Assembly: GCF_030144855.1 (NCBI RefSeq) | Contig: NC_082728.1 | Span: 32,984,001-33,048,000 of the forward strand | Reading direction: 5' to 3' | Length of the DNA: 64,000 bases | Source: Hypanus sabinus | Taxonomy: Eukaryota | In this document: piece after piece, positions 23,281 through 37,008 of the stretch | Layout: each line of letters begins with the position of its first letter | How positions within the stretch are numbered: the first letter of the stretch is position 1 | Position numbers and translations under genes: made by a program | The notes under the pieces: model-generated | Seen by the model: the letters and a program-made list of their open reading frames with translations, nothing else | Told to the model about the DNA's origin: nothing | The model's database searches: none

Positions 23281-23451
23281 ATGCTGGACGAACTCAGCAA
23301 GTCAGGCAGCATCTATGGAGGGAAATAAACTGTTGATGTTTCAATTTAAAAGACACTTTATCAGGAGTCCTGATGAACGGTCTTTGCCCAAAACGTTGAC
23401 TATTTATGTCCCTCTATAGATGCTGCTTGACTTGCTGAGTTCCTCCAGCAT
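23281..23451. repeat. Inverted pair of Penelope-like element ends (171-bp hairpin)
   Basis: atgctggacgaactcagcaagtcaggcagcatctat... mirrored by ...atagatgctgcttgacttgctgagttcctccagcat. Confidence 0.75.
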
Positions 23452-23724
23452 ATTATGCATGTTGCTCAAAATTTCCACCATCTGAAGTATCTCTTGTGTC
23501 TATACTATACTGTGCATCTTATTGAATGGCGGAGCAGGCTCGATGGGCCAGATGGCCTACTCCTGCTCGTATTTCTTATGTTCCTATGTCCTTATGACAC
23601 AGTGGTCACTCCTGGACCATTTTGGGACTCTGTGGTTAGATTATTAATATTCTGTGTGTTATTTGCTTGTTTTTTTGCTGTTTGCGTAATTTGTTGTTTC
23701 TTTGGAAGTTAAGAATAGGGACTT

Positions 23725-24450
23725 CATACATAAGAGCATAAGAAATAGGAGCAGGAGTAGTCCATCTGGTCCAATGAGCCATGATTCAATGGCTCCACCA
23801 TTAAATCAGATGATGGCTGATCTGGCTGTGGACTCAGATTTCCCGCATAACCATTAATTCCCCTGCTATGCAAACATCTAGCTAACTCTGTCTTAAGTAT
23901 ATTTAATAAGGTAATTTCTGCTGCTTCCCTGGGCAGGGAATCCACAGAATCACAACTCTCAGGTAAAGCAGTTTTTCCTCATCTCTGTCCTAAGTCTATT
24001 CCCCTAAATCTTGAGCCTATGTCTCCTAGTTCTAGTCTCACTTACTTCTATCCTAACACTATCCATTTCATACCTACATGTTTCTATCAGGCCCTCTCTC
24101 ATTCTTCTGAATTCCAGCAAATGTAGTCCCAAACAACTCAATTTCTCCACACTGGCTAACCCCTTTATCTCCGGAACAAAGCTTGTGAAACTTCTCTTCA
24201 CCGGCTCCAAAGTCAGTACACCTTTCTTCATAGAAGGTCAGAACTGCACACAGTACTCCAAGTGCGGCCTCACCAGAACACTGTATGTTTGCAGCGTAAA
24301 CTCACTGCTCTTAAATTTAGTCCCTCTAGCACTGAATGCCAACATTCCATTTGACTTCTTGAAACCTGTTGCTCCTGCAAACAAACTTTTTGTGATTCAT
24401 TCACAAGCACACCCAAGTCCCTCTGCACAACAGAATTGGAAAACCTTTTA
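23725..24450 (-). mobile_element. CR1 LINE 3' fragment
   Basis: Minus-strand LEFRRMREGLIET, FTSFVPEIKGL; tail cataagagcataagaaatagg. Confidence 0.85.
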
Positions 24451-24479
24451 GCATTTAAATAATAATCTAATTATATTCA

Positions 24480-24720
24480 TGGATTCATAGAAAAGAACAC
24501 CTCAGAAACAGGCCCGTCAGCTCATCTAGTCCATGCTGAAACATTTAAACTGCCAACGCCCATTGACCGTCCAAACTCCTGATATTCCAGTTGAAATTGA
24601 GCTGGCATGCACCACGTCTCTGAGTGAAGAAGTTTCCCTTTATATTCCCCTTAAACTTTTCACCTTACACCCTTAACCCATGACCTCTGGGTGTAGTTCC
24701 ACCTAATCTCAGTGGAAGAA
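24480..24720 (-). mobile_element. CR1 3' UTR fragment
   Basis: Reverse CR1 tail (gggtcatgggttaagggtgtaaggtgaaaag). Confidence 0.6.
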
Positions 24721-24762
24721 GTTCCAGGAGTCTCCTGCATACCCACATATTGATAGCAGCTT

Positions 24763-26050
24763 TGTCATGTACCTCTAGGGTTTATTTTTTCTGAGGACTG
24801 TCACTTTGAAATGCTGAGAGAAAGAGACTGACTTTTGGACAGTCGGATTCCTACTGACTGCAGAGTTGCTTCGTTACTGTGGTGGAGAGAGGTGGAGTTA
24901 TTTGATGGACAATCAATGTTATGGTTTTTCTGCAGCTTGTTTACTTTTTACAAGGATAGTCACAGACACGTACAGTTAGAGTCAAGATGGATTCCATCAA
25001 TGGAAGACACCAGTGAGTCGGTCGCTGGTTTAATCTTTCAGTAGCCCAAAAAGGGATGAGTTGAGATCAATCCAGAGTATCAATAAATGACTCTCACAAT
25101 TTTGCTGCAACTAGAAGAAGTTTGCAGAGAGAGAGGAGTGGAGAGGAAGGTTTGAAACAGAAGATACTTAGTGACAAAGAGATCACTATTTGGACTCTCT
25201 CCAAGTAGACCGTGAGGGTGAGTTTTTTTCCATTCGGCTACCAAAGTGTTATTGTCACTCAGTTAATCCACAGGAATGGTTCTCTGGTGAGGGGAGAACC
25301 TTTGTGAATACTGCGTGTGTGTTTATCCTTTGTCTGGGCATGGTAGTTCACTGAAGATAGTTACCCCTGTGGCAAATCACTATTAGAGTTATTTCGTATG
25401 CCGTGCAACGGGATAAGTGACTATTATATTGTGTGTGATTGGGGTAACATTGTGGAATCTACCAGTGTGTGGACCCTTGCCTGAGTGGTGGTTCCCTTAA
25501 AGATGGTCCCTGTTGTGATAAGCTACTGTTGGTGATAACCCATATGTGGATTCGGTTTGAGTATCGTGTGGCCACCACTTTGATTGTCCCGTAGCTGAAC
25601 TCGGGTGTGATACCACTCGTGTTGAAAGGATATTCGTTGAAGATCACTGTCGGTGATACTTTGTGTGTGGAATGGAACAACTGCGGAGGTAAAACCTATG
25701 GCTGTTGTTGTTTTGTATTGCTGTTGTGGAATCTGTGGAATATCGATGTAATTGACTTCTCACAACAGTTGTCTTTGGATTACAAATTATCTCGCATTAA
25801 TTAACCTGCGCATTTGAACTGAACTTCTCTTATACACCATCATAAGACTGTATCACTTACCACCTACGCTTGAAGAAGTTTGGGGATTTATCTATTTACA
25901 CCTATATATGCATAACAACATGAACTCTTGATTTACCCAGTTTAAGCTACTAAATGATGTTGTTACTAATAAAGTAGTGTTTTGTTAACAGCAAAACCAG
26001 ACTCCAGGTGTGTTCTATCGCTGCTGATACTTCTACAGGGTTACGTAAAA
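24763..26050 (+). mobile_element. Probable solo LTR (~1.3 kb)
   Basis: tgtcatgtacc start, aataaag near end, ..gttacgtaaaa end; 25260-25400 is the reverse-complement homolog of 29690-29810; TSD unclear. Confidence 0.55.
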
Positions 26051-26059
26051 GTATAGATT

Positions 26060-26810
26060 ACAGGCTCCCTGACGCCCGCAAATATTATCCAATATCCTGG
26101 AAATCAATTTTTTTTGAGTGGGTGAGGGAGGGGGGAGGAGGAGCGAGAGCGAGAGGAAGCATCCTGATTGGTCTCTAAGTAGACCTATCAGTTTCCTGTG
26201 GGCGGGCTTTACAGTTGACCTCCCTCTCTCATTGCCCATCAGTTCAGTTTAATGTCCTGCTGCGCCATGGCAGAGTGTTCCAAAAAAAGAAAATATAAAA
26301 CGTAGTTCACCCCAGACACCACTAAAGTGCACTCCTGCTTAATCCGGGTCAAAAGTAATGACAGTGTTGCTCACTGCACTGTTTGCAACAGTGACCTCTC
26401 TATTGCCCATGGTGGTGTAAATGACTGTAAAAGACATGTTGAAGTGAGTTTATGAGATGTCACTCGTTCATTAGCATAGCTAACGTTATTTAAACTAGCT
26501 GGCTAGCGACTGAGGAGTTACTCTATTGACGTCCTACGTGATAAAGCTAAACTCCCTGTAGACTTGCTTATAGTTGTAATAGAACAAAAAAATGACTCCA
26601 TGATAATATAATACAAATACATATTTTAATGTCACATTTTCTGCATATACCCAACTTGGTTTACAGATTAGACAAAATCACTAAACAAAGTATTACATAC
26701 ACTCTTGGAGGTCGACTGGAGGTGGGGGGATATGGAGTTGTGGGGGGCTGGGGTGTTACCTCCATGAAATCAGTTTTTGCGGGATGGGATGTCTGCTTTC
26801 ATATCTCCCC
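26060..26810 (+). mobile_element. Non-autonomous hAT-like element with BED finger remnant
   Basis: From ~26286 MAECSKKRK...AHCTVCNSDLSIAHGGVNDCKRHVE. Confidence 0.55.
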
Positions 26811-26849
26811 TCAATCCTATATTCGAAGGAATAAAGTCTATCCTATTCA

Positions 26850-27030
26850 AGCAACACACATCAGATGTTGGAGGAAATCAGCATCGATGGAAAAAAGGAC
26901 AGTTGACGTTTCGGGCCGAGACCCTTCGGCAGAACATTCACCTTTTCCGACCTATTCAACCTTTCCTCAAACTCAGATCCTCCAGTCCCATCAACATCCT
27001 TGTGAATATTTTGGAACTCTTTCAACCTTA
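26850..27030. mobile_element. Penelope-like element end fragment
   Basis: gacgtttcgggccgagacccttc motif related to the 23281 unit. Confidence 0.55.
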
Positions 27031-27819
27031 TTTACGTCTTTCCAGTAGGTAGGTGATCAAATCTGCACATGACACTCAAGGTTCAAATTCATCCTCTTGA
27101 CAGAAGTCCACGAAACAAGGAAACCCCAGAGAACAACAGAAACATCGAAGCCCCCCTCCCTTCACACAAACAGCAGCAAAAGCACTGATCCCCTCACCCC
27201 TCCACCTGCGCAAGCAGAAATACCGACTCCCCCACCCCACCACCATGCGGACAGCAGCAGAAGTAGCAAGGAGCCCATTGATCCAGAGTCCATCAGGCTA
27301 CAGTTCACAAAGCTGCAATTCGGTATCTCTCTCTTCACCAAAGGAGCGAGAGATCTCTCTTGCAACAAGAGCGGAGAAGCGCGACTTGCTGTTCCGGTGT
27401 CACTTTCTTCTGCGTCGTTACCAAGGCTTCCGTCTTATGGACCAACAGGCTGTGTCTCCATCGAGAGACAGAAAGGGACGGATCACTCTAGTACAGGGGT
27501 TTCCTTCGACAGCAGCCAGCAGTTAGCAAACATGGCACCTGCTGTCTCGGTGTCCCAGTCTTGCTGTTTCCGTCTCCAATGATGCCTGGCCGGCAAAATC
27601 GGCGACCAGCTGGCTGCTCCCCGACTTCTGACCTCCCAGCCCCGAGGGCGCGAGAAAATGAACATATCTGGAGGTAATGAAGCTCTCGGACTAACAGTAG
27701 AGATAGCGGAGATATCGCGAGATAACGAAGCACTGGGACTCACAGTTCGTCTGAAAACCCACTGCTTCTGAAGAACTAGACTCCCTATCCTCGTTAGATG
27801 CATCTTCATACTATGCGGA

Positions 27820-28950
27820 TTCAGTTATGCGAGGAACCGGGTTCGACCACGTCTCATTATATGCGTCAAAAACTCTCAGTTATGCGAGGAGCCCCGCTTT
27901 CCCGTCAATATAAGTCAGCTGCGCGCGCCTCACAATCTCACTCCCGCCAGATGAGCATTGGTTTTGGCAAGCTATGGATGTGGGATCTTGTGCTCTTAAA
28001 CTTTTGTTGGGTTTACCTGTGGGGTAATGATTTTGTGCTTGAAATATTTAACCGTGCTTCCTAAGCGTCCAAAGTCATTTCCTTGGCCATCAGAACTGCT
28101 TTAACATTTTGAAAAAAAGTTGGAAATTATAAGCAGCGCGGCATCAGGTAAAGGTTACACGGCTCTAGGACGCTACTGCCGGGAACAGAACCTTGCCTGT
28201 AAAGTTCTTCTGTTGCTTGAGAATGCGCCAGCCCAGCCTAAACATTTGGGCAGCATTCATCGTAATATAACAGTGCGTTTCCTGCCGCCTAACACAACAT
28301 CGCTGATTCAACCACTCGACCAAGGTGTGATCCACATTCAAGTTTTTTTTTACGGCGAAATATCTCTCAGATGCTGCAAGCAACAGACGACTTTGAAAAT
28401 CCCGGGAGGTTACCAACGGTGAGGGAATGGTGGAAGTTGGAACATTTGGCACAAATGGCGATGACATGGACCCAAGTTTAGAACGGAGTCTCATTTCAGT
28501 TGTTCCCTGCCATCAACCCTTCTCCCCACAAGCAAATTTATGCTGAAAAACAAAATGCTGCCAAGCAAACAACCCACACTACATTCTTCAATCTGGTGTC
28601 GTCACCTGCCGTTCTGTGAGTCTCCTTCACTCGATGTCCACCTTCTCCATGTAATGCTGCCCGACACCACAACAACCACTCATCTCCCGGAGCGAACACA
28701 CCTGCCACTGTTGGTGAGTACTGTACACCCAAGTATGTTAACTTTCAATGATTTTTTACATTGAATATTACCTTAAATTGATGAAATATAATATAAATGT
28801 TGCCTTGTGATACTGATTTTGTGTCATATTGGTATGAAAATGTGAATAAATTACAGATTTATTAATAAATTTATAATAAATTACAGGAAGCCCTCTGGAA
28901 CGCATCCCTGTTTTCTCCATTTAAATAATTAGACTGCAATGAAGTCATCC
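27820..28950 (+). mobile_element. Tigger/pogo DDE transposon remnant
   Basis: LLLENAPAQP...FLPPNTTSLIQPLDQGVI (ORF 28120-28422). Confidence 0.8.
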
Positions 28951-29233
28951 CCCGCATATAACGACGATGGAAATTTTCACTACGCTATGGACAGAAGAAT
29001 ATGAATTCTGGTTTTACTTACAATGCCTATAGAAGATATTCACTCCCTTGGAAGTTTTCATATTTTATTGTTTTACAACATTGAATCACAAAGGTTTTAA
29101 TTTGACTTTTTTGACACTGATCAACAGAAAAATTCTGGTGTCAAAGAGAAAACTGATTTTTACAAAGTGATTTAAATTAATCACAAATATAAAATACTAA
29201 TATTTGAGTGCAGAAGTATTCACCCCTTTAATG

Positions 29234-30266
29234 TGATATGTGGAACCAGCAATAATAAATGTGGAACGGAGCCAGGATATTATCAGCATGCCACAGAATT
29301 TGTTATCACTGAAGTAGAAACATAGAAAATTAAAGTTCAGTCAAGAATGTCAGTTCAGAAAGTTTCAGGTATTCATAAGGGTCATTGAGAGGAGAGACTT
29401 TTAGATTTGAGGTGTAGCGAAGAGACTATCTTGAAGACTGAGATTCAAAATACAGTGAAGGAGCGAGTCTCACAGAGGTATGTCAGAAACAGCCACCGTA
29501 CCTTTCTGAAGGTGATTTGGCAGACACCCAGTAGACAAAAAGTGAGAATTTCACCACATAACTGACAGGAGAAGTCCCTTTCCCAGAACTGGTCACCACA
29601 CACCTGAGACTTTGCAGGGGTCACCAAAGTGAGGGCCAAAAATCCACATTTGGATTACCCAGTTCCACAGCATACGAAGTAACTCCAACAATGATTTGCC
29701 ACAGGGTTGCCTTCTTCAGTAAACTACCACACCAAGTCAAGGGTTAACACACACGTGGTATTCACAAAGGTTTTCCCTCACCAGAGAACCCACACCTGTG
29801 GATTAACTGTGTGACAACCACACTTTTGTATCCAAATAGAATTAGACTCTACCCTACAGGTTCTTGGAGAGAGTCCAAATAGTGATCTCTTTATCTCTAG
29901 GTTTCTTCTGTTTCAAACCTTTTCTCTCCCCTCTTCTCTGCAACTGCCTCCAGCTGCAGCAACTGTGAGAGTCATTTATCAATACTCTGGATTGATCTCA
30001 ACTCACCCCTTTGGGTCACTGTAAATTTAAACCAACGACCCACTCACTGGTGTCTTTCCTTGACAGAAACCACACTCGACACTGTGGAGCACCCTGTGCT
30101 GCTCCTTTTATACTTTTGGGGTAGGTCATCGCGTGACACTCACAGAAACAAAGTCACAGATTTCCACTACATCATGTACTGTCCCAAGAATTGAGACTGG
30201 GGTACATAACACACAGATTCCCAGTACATCACGTACCATCCTAGATGTTGAAACGGGTTCATAACA
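29234..30266 (-). mobile_element. Solo LTR inserted in Tc1
   Basis: TG..CA termini, perfect 4-bp TSD AATG (29230-29233 / 30267-30270). Confidence 0.8.
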
Positions 30267-32311
30267 AATGTGAAACACTAAATCATCTGTCGTGCAGTCA
30301 ATTGGTTTTAGAAGTCACATAATTGGCTGAATGGAGATCACCTGTGTGCAGTCAAGGTGTTTCAATCGATTGTAGTAAAAATACACCTGTATCTGGATGG
30401 TCCAAATGATGTTTGAGTTTTGAGGGACTGCAACCACTGGAGAGGGCTGGGTAGATAGTGGTACTGGCCATGAATGGTGTGGGGATGTTGGGAAATGGTG
30501 TAGCTTCAGGTGGAGGGGAGGATCTGGAAAAGGAACTGGAAATGAAGGGCTCGGGTGAGGGTGGGTTGGTGGGAGGAGGTTGGAAGGAAGTTGAATTCAG
30601 ATCTGGAAAACAGAAAGAGAAACATAATATTGGAATGAATTCAAGTGATGGAGAGGAAGGGATGGATATTTTGGAAAAAAAAAGGAAAGAAGACTTGAAG
30701 GTATTGTTTAAATTTCAACCAGGACAGCTGCTCTCCATCAATCCCATTAAATTAAGTAGAGAGCTAAAAGTGGCCATAGGGAAAATAGATTGTGCTGGTA
30801 CTTTAAGTGGAGGGAAGGTGTTAATTTTTTGTAAGGATAAAAAGCAGTCTGGGAAAGCATTATGATTGAAGACTTGGTAAAAAGATATTATTTATTTTGC
30901 CTGTGGAAAATAGAGATGTTAGGGATGTTGCAATAGGTGTTCCATTGGAGATTTTGACAGAAGAGGTTAAATCTCATTTATTGGGAGGCAAGTTTAAGGA
31001 GTTAAAGAGATTGCAAGTAGTCAGAAATGGGGAAAGGATAGATAGGTTGTCTATATCGATATGTATTGATGAAGTGAAGCTCCCTGATAAAGTTAGTTTG
31101 GGGCCTGTTAGTTATAATGTTTGAGCTTATATTACTCCCCTGCTTAGATGTTCCAAATCTCAGAGGTTTGGGCATGTTGCAGCAGTATGTCATGGGAAAC
31201 CAAGATGATGTAACATAAATATGAAAATTGTAAACATGTAAAATTTAATTGTTGTAATAGCAGAGGAGAACATTATGCAGCTTATAGAGGTTGTGAAATG
31301 CTTAAGGCAGCTGAAGTCAAAAGGTTAAAGTATAGTTTGGTGTGTCTTATGCAGAGGCTGTGCAAAAAGTAAAAGCAAACATTGATAAATTATTCCTGGT
31401 CAGAGAACAGACTGTGAAGTCAAAGGCTATATGTTGGCATCATGCTTCACCCACTAAAGATAATTTACTAGCTGATAAACTTAAGTTTGTGATGTTCATA
31501 ATGAGGGTGGTGAATTATACTGCGCAGACATCTACTCGTAGAGAAGGTTAAAATTATTGTAAAAGCAGCAAGAAAAATATCTGAATATAACAGGTGTTAT
31601 GTGGGAAGCTGTAAATGAAGCTCTAATGGGTGGGGTATCTGTATTTCAGTCTCCTTCTGAAATACCTAATGGTCATAATATTACAGTGGAATGCAAAAAC
31701 CTTGATTTCTAATTGTCAAGACTTTAAGAAGTTTGTTTCTGATTTATCAACTCCACCTGATATTATATGTATTCAGAAAACCTGGTTGTTACCACATTTA
31801 AGTTTTTCCTTGCAGGATTATATTATAATTGGGTGTGATAGATTATTTGGTAGACGGGGTGGTGTTGCAAGTTTTGTAAGGAAAGGGATAGGACATAGAG
31901 TTGTGGATGTAAATGAAGTATGTGAGGCACTTGTAATGGAAGTATTTGATCCAACAGGTAGTGATGTTAAAGTGGTAAATTTTTACAACTCCGGTGCAAT
32001 GTTCCCTCTAATTTTTAGCAGTCAGTGTGTGCAAAAATCTTATGTTGTGCAAATTTTTTTCCTGTAATAGAAGTATGTGCGCACTGAATGCTCATGTGGC
32101 ACAATTTATTTAGGTTTGCAAAATATTTGACATAAAACTGCACATGATAACAACAAAATAATATACAGATTTAAGTCACTTAGTTATTTTTTCTCTCTCC
32201 TCTCTTTGGCATTTACCCATTCTTTGTAAACTTTATCTAGACTAATGGAACTTCCATTCAATTGATTGTTTTTGATTCTCATTATCATATCCAAATGACA
32301 TTCACCTAAAC

Positions 32312-33506
32312 TAGTGGTCACCAACCTTTTTAAGGCCAAGATCCCCTACCTGGGCCTTAGTAAAAGGCAAGATTTACCCCAGAGCAATTAGTTACACGCA
32401 TGCGCACCGGGGCAGGAAAGACCGGAAGTAAAACCCTGCAACCCAGATGTAGAAATAATGTATAAACACCAGGGGTACCCACACTTCTTTTGCAATGCGG
32501 ACCAATTTAATATTGACGATATTCCTGCAGGCTGGCCGATGGGTGAGGGGGGTGTTAAACACGATGGGAATACAGCGATACTAAAAGCAGGTTCCTTATG
32601 TCCAGTCTATTCCGCAATTTAGTTTTCGCAGCTCTCGTCACTGAGTTTCTGTCCCATGCTGCTCACGTTTTTTTCCGCTGAATAATCTCAACGTGTTTGT
32701 CATTAAGTGCTGGGTGCTTAGACTCAGGGTACTGAAGCAGCCTTGAGGGCTTCATTGCCTCATTGGACAGCTCCCCGGGTCTGAGCTCCAGCCCCTCACC
32801 CGCCCGCTGCCAGATGCCTTGGCCATTTGCAGCTGGTTATGGATCGGGTGAGAGGACAAGGTTAGGGCTGGAGGTCCCCGTGCCAGGGCCATGCCACTCG
32901 CAGTCCGGGGAGAGCGTCCGACCGAGCGAGGAGTGCGACAGGACGCACGCCCGCCCCCCTTGTAGGATCTAACGGCCGATAAAAGTTTGCTTCAGTAGAG
33001 CGCAGCAAAGTAGTTGCACTGATACTTAAGAAACGATGAGCCTGAATTAGGTCATTTGCAAATATTTTCGCACCGGATTCCCCATGAACGTACGGTGTGG
33101 TAAACAGGTTCAGAGACAGTGCTCCAGGCCAGTAGCGATGGCACTTCCCGCCGGCCGGCCAAGGCCAGCCAGTGATCCCTGGTGCGAGGGTACCACTGTG
33201 TTTAGGCAACTGATGCCCTTGCGTCGATTCAACTTCAACAGTGGATGTTACAGGGAATGAGGTAAGGTGCAGCTGAATCCTATCACTTCCTCACGTCCCA
33301 CTGGTTGGGGAACACTGAAGTACACTGTGTAATGTGGAGGAGCTACACGCTTGCGCACTGGGCAGAAAGAACAGAACTAAAACCCCGCAACCCAGAAACA
33401 ATCTCTCAACAGTATTTGTGTGTGTATTTTTCATTTTTTTCGGGATCTACTCAGAAAGTCTCAAAGATAAACTAGTGGATCGCGATCAATGGCTTGGCGA
33501 ACACTA
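32312..33506. mobile_element. Non-autonomous hAT element with GC-rich interior
   Basis: TIR tagtggtcaccaa / ttggcgaacacta; perfect 8-bp TSD ACCTAAAC (32304-32311 / 33507-33514). Confidence 0.88.
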
Positions 33507-34344
33507 ACCTAAACAGTTTCTCAGCTTGCCTTTGTGTTGATTCATTAGGCTAGAACCTCGCTCACAGTCTGCACTAGATGCAAGAAAGGTTTCCCCATCA
33601 ACTGTGCAAGATTGCAAAACTCTTCATTTTGAAGTACAAATGCCAGCATTTGGGCAAAGTTTGAAATCATTTTGAATTTAATTTTTTCTTGCATGGAAAA
33701 TTTGATATCATTAAACTGTCTAACTATTACAGTATTTTCAGCTAGAAAATCATGATATTTTGGACATAAGGCATTAACTTGTTCATCGTCACGTGAAGGA
33801 ACAATCTGCAATTGCTCAGAAATCAGAAGCTGACCATTCTTGTACCTCAACTTCAGGAAACCTTTCTTCTAAATGAACACAAAGAATATTTATAAAGTCA
33901 ACAGCGAACTTGTATCTACTGTGACATTTTCTTCAAGTTGTTGGCTTAGCAAAGCTTTAACTTTGTCACTCCAGGAAACATTGTCTCCCAGGTACTGCTT
34001 TCTTACCTTGTTAATTTTGTCTGGTGCAAAATGAAGTGAATGAATCGGTGTCAGGCCACTCTTTTGCAGAATCTTGCACGGTGCAGCCAGTTCATCAAAG
34101 ACATCACTTAAAAGCTGTAAATCTACTTTGCATGTGATGTTTATCAATTTCTTGTGACAGTATTTAGCCACAGGTCATTTGACTGATCTTCTTCAAAGTA
34201 TGTGATCAGTGCCTCATAATTTTTTACTATTGCCTGCAATGCAAAGTTTCTAGATAACCATCTGACTTCATAAAGTGATCTGAAAGCAACAGCTTCATTT
34301 TCATAGGCCTCTGCAATTTCTTTAAATTTGCATCTTTTTTGTGT

Positions 34345-34870
34345 TCATCCATCGTCGGCGTCGATGAGACTAGCGTGTGATTTGGATTTAAGTGAGGGAG
34401 AGTTGCACAGCGTCAGCCTCACTCTCTCCTCCCAATTCCCATCTGGATCCAGTGGCAAGACAAGAGTCGAGACAGGCGGAGCTGGGTCTAGGCACAGTGG
34501 ATGACCAGGACGTCTTCTGTGTCTTGTTCTGCGCTACACAATCCATGATGCTTGCAGAGACCGCCATCTTGACCGTTGGACCTTCCAATGGTCTCATCTG
34601 TTCAATCTGCCAGAGTCTGTCTTCACATGCTGGGATAGACAACTCCCTATCTCACCGAGGGTTTGGGACCTGTCAGCTACCCTCACCTGGTTAGCCGGCT
34701 GGTCGAAGCTGTTGCCCGGGGTGTGGCCACTGTCACTTGCAAACAGCTACGGGGAGCCACAGGTGAGAGCTGAGTGCCAGGTGGGGACCAAAGGTGGACA
34801 AACCACCTTGAAAAGGACGTGACATGTTCCCCCACCAGAGGTGCTACCCCTCCCTGACACCCCATACACC
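34345..34870 (-). mobile_element. RTE-like LINE fragment interrupting the hAT transposase
   Basis: GC-richer block; hAT coding frames stop and resume on either side; family from recall. Confidence 0.5.
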
Positions 34871-37008
34871 TTTTAACTGCAGGTCGAGAAAGCACTGTAT
34901 AGACTGTTCTCATCAAGGTTTCAATGTCTCCAACTTGACTTCTTTCCAAGCATCACAAATCCCCAGATCTTCACGGTGTGCTAGACAGTGTTGCTCAACT
35001 AAATGTGGAATGTCCTGTTTAAGTCTTGCTGCAACATCATTAACTCTGCCCAACATTACTGATGCTCCATCAGACGTAAACATCACCATTTTATGGACGT
35101 CAAGTCTCTTCTCTTCATAAAACAGCTTGATCACTGAAACAAACGAAAAAGCATCACGCGCCTACAGCTGAACGATTCTGTCAAAAAACGTTTTATAAAC
35201 AGTACAATCTTTAGATCTGAATTTGAAGTACAGAATGAGACATTTGTTGAAAGAAAGGCCTGTGTTTTCATCAATTGCTAACGTGTGAAAATCTGCTGAT
35301 GCTATTTCTTCAAACATGTCTTTCTGAACAATGTAGTTGATAGTCTCCAGGAATTTGAATGCATAATTTTTGCTTCGCCAGCTGTCTGGGAGTTGAACAT
35401 ACTTTTCTATATGTTCATTAATGTGTTGAACTGAATGTAAAGAGTTATTCATTTTAACAGCTAACAACACACTGTCGATAAGAAATTTGATCTCTGGGTT
35501 TGATCATTTTTGCTCTTTGCTCATCTGCACTCAACCGTAACATGCGCAGCACTCCTGTGATGGGTGATAATGGGTTCTGTTGCCTGAGCTTTTGTACATC
35601 GTCCAAGTGTGATTTACTTGCCAAATGACGCTTGAAAAAGTCAAGTGTCCAAATATCATCCCGCCTCTTTCCACCAGCAAATTCTTCAGCAACTTTCACA
35701 TCATGACAATACAAACAGATAACTCCAGTTTCCGAATCATACGTAAAATTTCTCACAGCTGACGTTCATGACCACATGAGCTTTCAGTGTAGCAGTTTCT
35801 ACTATTAAGCCATTCAACTTTAAACAAATTTGCAGTTCTTTTGCACTTCAAGCCTTTTGTTTCTTTTGAATTCAACATAGTGAATCAATATTGTTTTCAA
35901 TTAAAACTTAGTAAGCTATCTACAGGATTTGAGACATATCTTTGTAAACTTTACGATATGAACACTGCCCACCAAAGGCGGCTGTCATCTGGATACATCT
36001 GTACAAACCGGAAGAGGAAAGGTGAGGTGACATAAATGCGTGACGTGCATTGTGGTATTTGAAAAACCGACTAACTAGTTAACAGAAACATTTAGCTATA
36101 AGATTCTTTTCAATAAGTATAATTATTAATTACTACATTATATTAGGAAACTAACCTTTTGTGCGCACATTGATTTCCTTTGTGTGCTGATTGAAAAACG
36201 TGCATGCGTGCATACACGAGCACAGATTAGAGGGAACATAGCCCTTGTGGAAAGCTCTTGATTCATTTGCTGGAGAGCATATGTAGCTCTAGCTCACTAA
36301 GAGTTGTATGGTGTAGGAATTTTAACACACATTGTTCTCTGTGGGGTTTTTCCACAGAATGATGGTAATGGTTTGATTGTAGAAGAATTTGTAGGTATTT
36401 CACATCTTCTGTGTCTTAATGATGGGAAGGGCAAAAGACTTCATGTTCATTATAGTTCTGAAACTGCTACAGATTTAACCTTAGTTTCGAACATTCTGGC
36501 TGGAGTGAGTGAGTGGGATGTCATGGGAGATGAAACATTGGGCAGTGATTATTTTCCGATATTTATAAGTTTGGGTGTGGATTTCTATAGGGGACAGGAG
36601 GTCACTTTTAGGAAGTGGAATTTTGGAAAAGCAAATTGGGAGAGGTTTAAGGTTTTATGTGATGAACATCTGTCAGGGCTGAATGTTGTAGGTGATGTGG
36701 ATTTCTGCAATGAAAGGTTTTGTCACATTATTCATCAATATGCTGTGGGAGTGATGCCTATTAAAAAGGGCATTAATAGTAGAAGAGCTGTACCATGATG
36801 GACTTGGGAATGTGCAGAGGCAATGAGGGAGAGAAATGAGGCATTTAGGAAAATTAAGTATCACTCTTTGAGTGATGTTATTAAATATAAAAGGGCACAG
36901 GCCGTGGTAAGCAAAGTAGTGAAGGTGCTAAAAAGGTTTACTGCAGGTCATACTGTGATAGTATTGGAAGGGATATTAAACTTGGAGATATTTGGAGAAT
37001 ATTTAAAA

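Larger units (their letters stand above)
31997..36241 (-). mobile_element. hAT transposon with ZNF862-like transposase (degenerate)
   Basis: TIR caatgttccctctaat / attagagggaacatag; degenerate 8-bp TSD; motifs TLAIDE, FTSDGASVMLG, EQHCLAHREDL. Confidence 0.85.

Noticed and set aside
27097-27809. Overlapping 90-160 aa ORFs in a GC-rich block
   Set aside because: Low-complexity translations on both strands, typical of a repeat UTR
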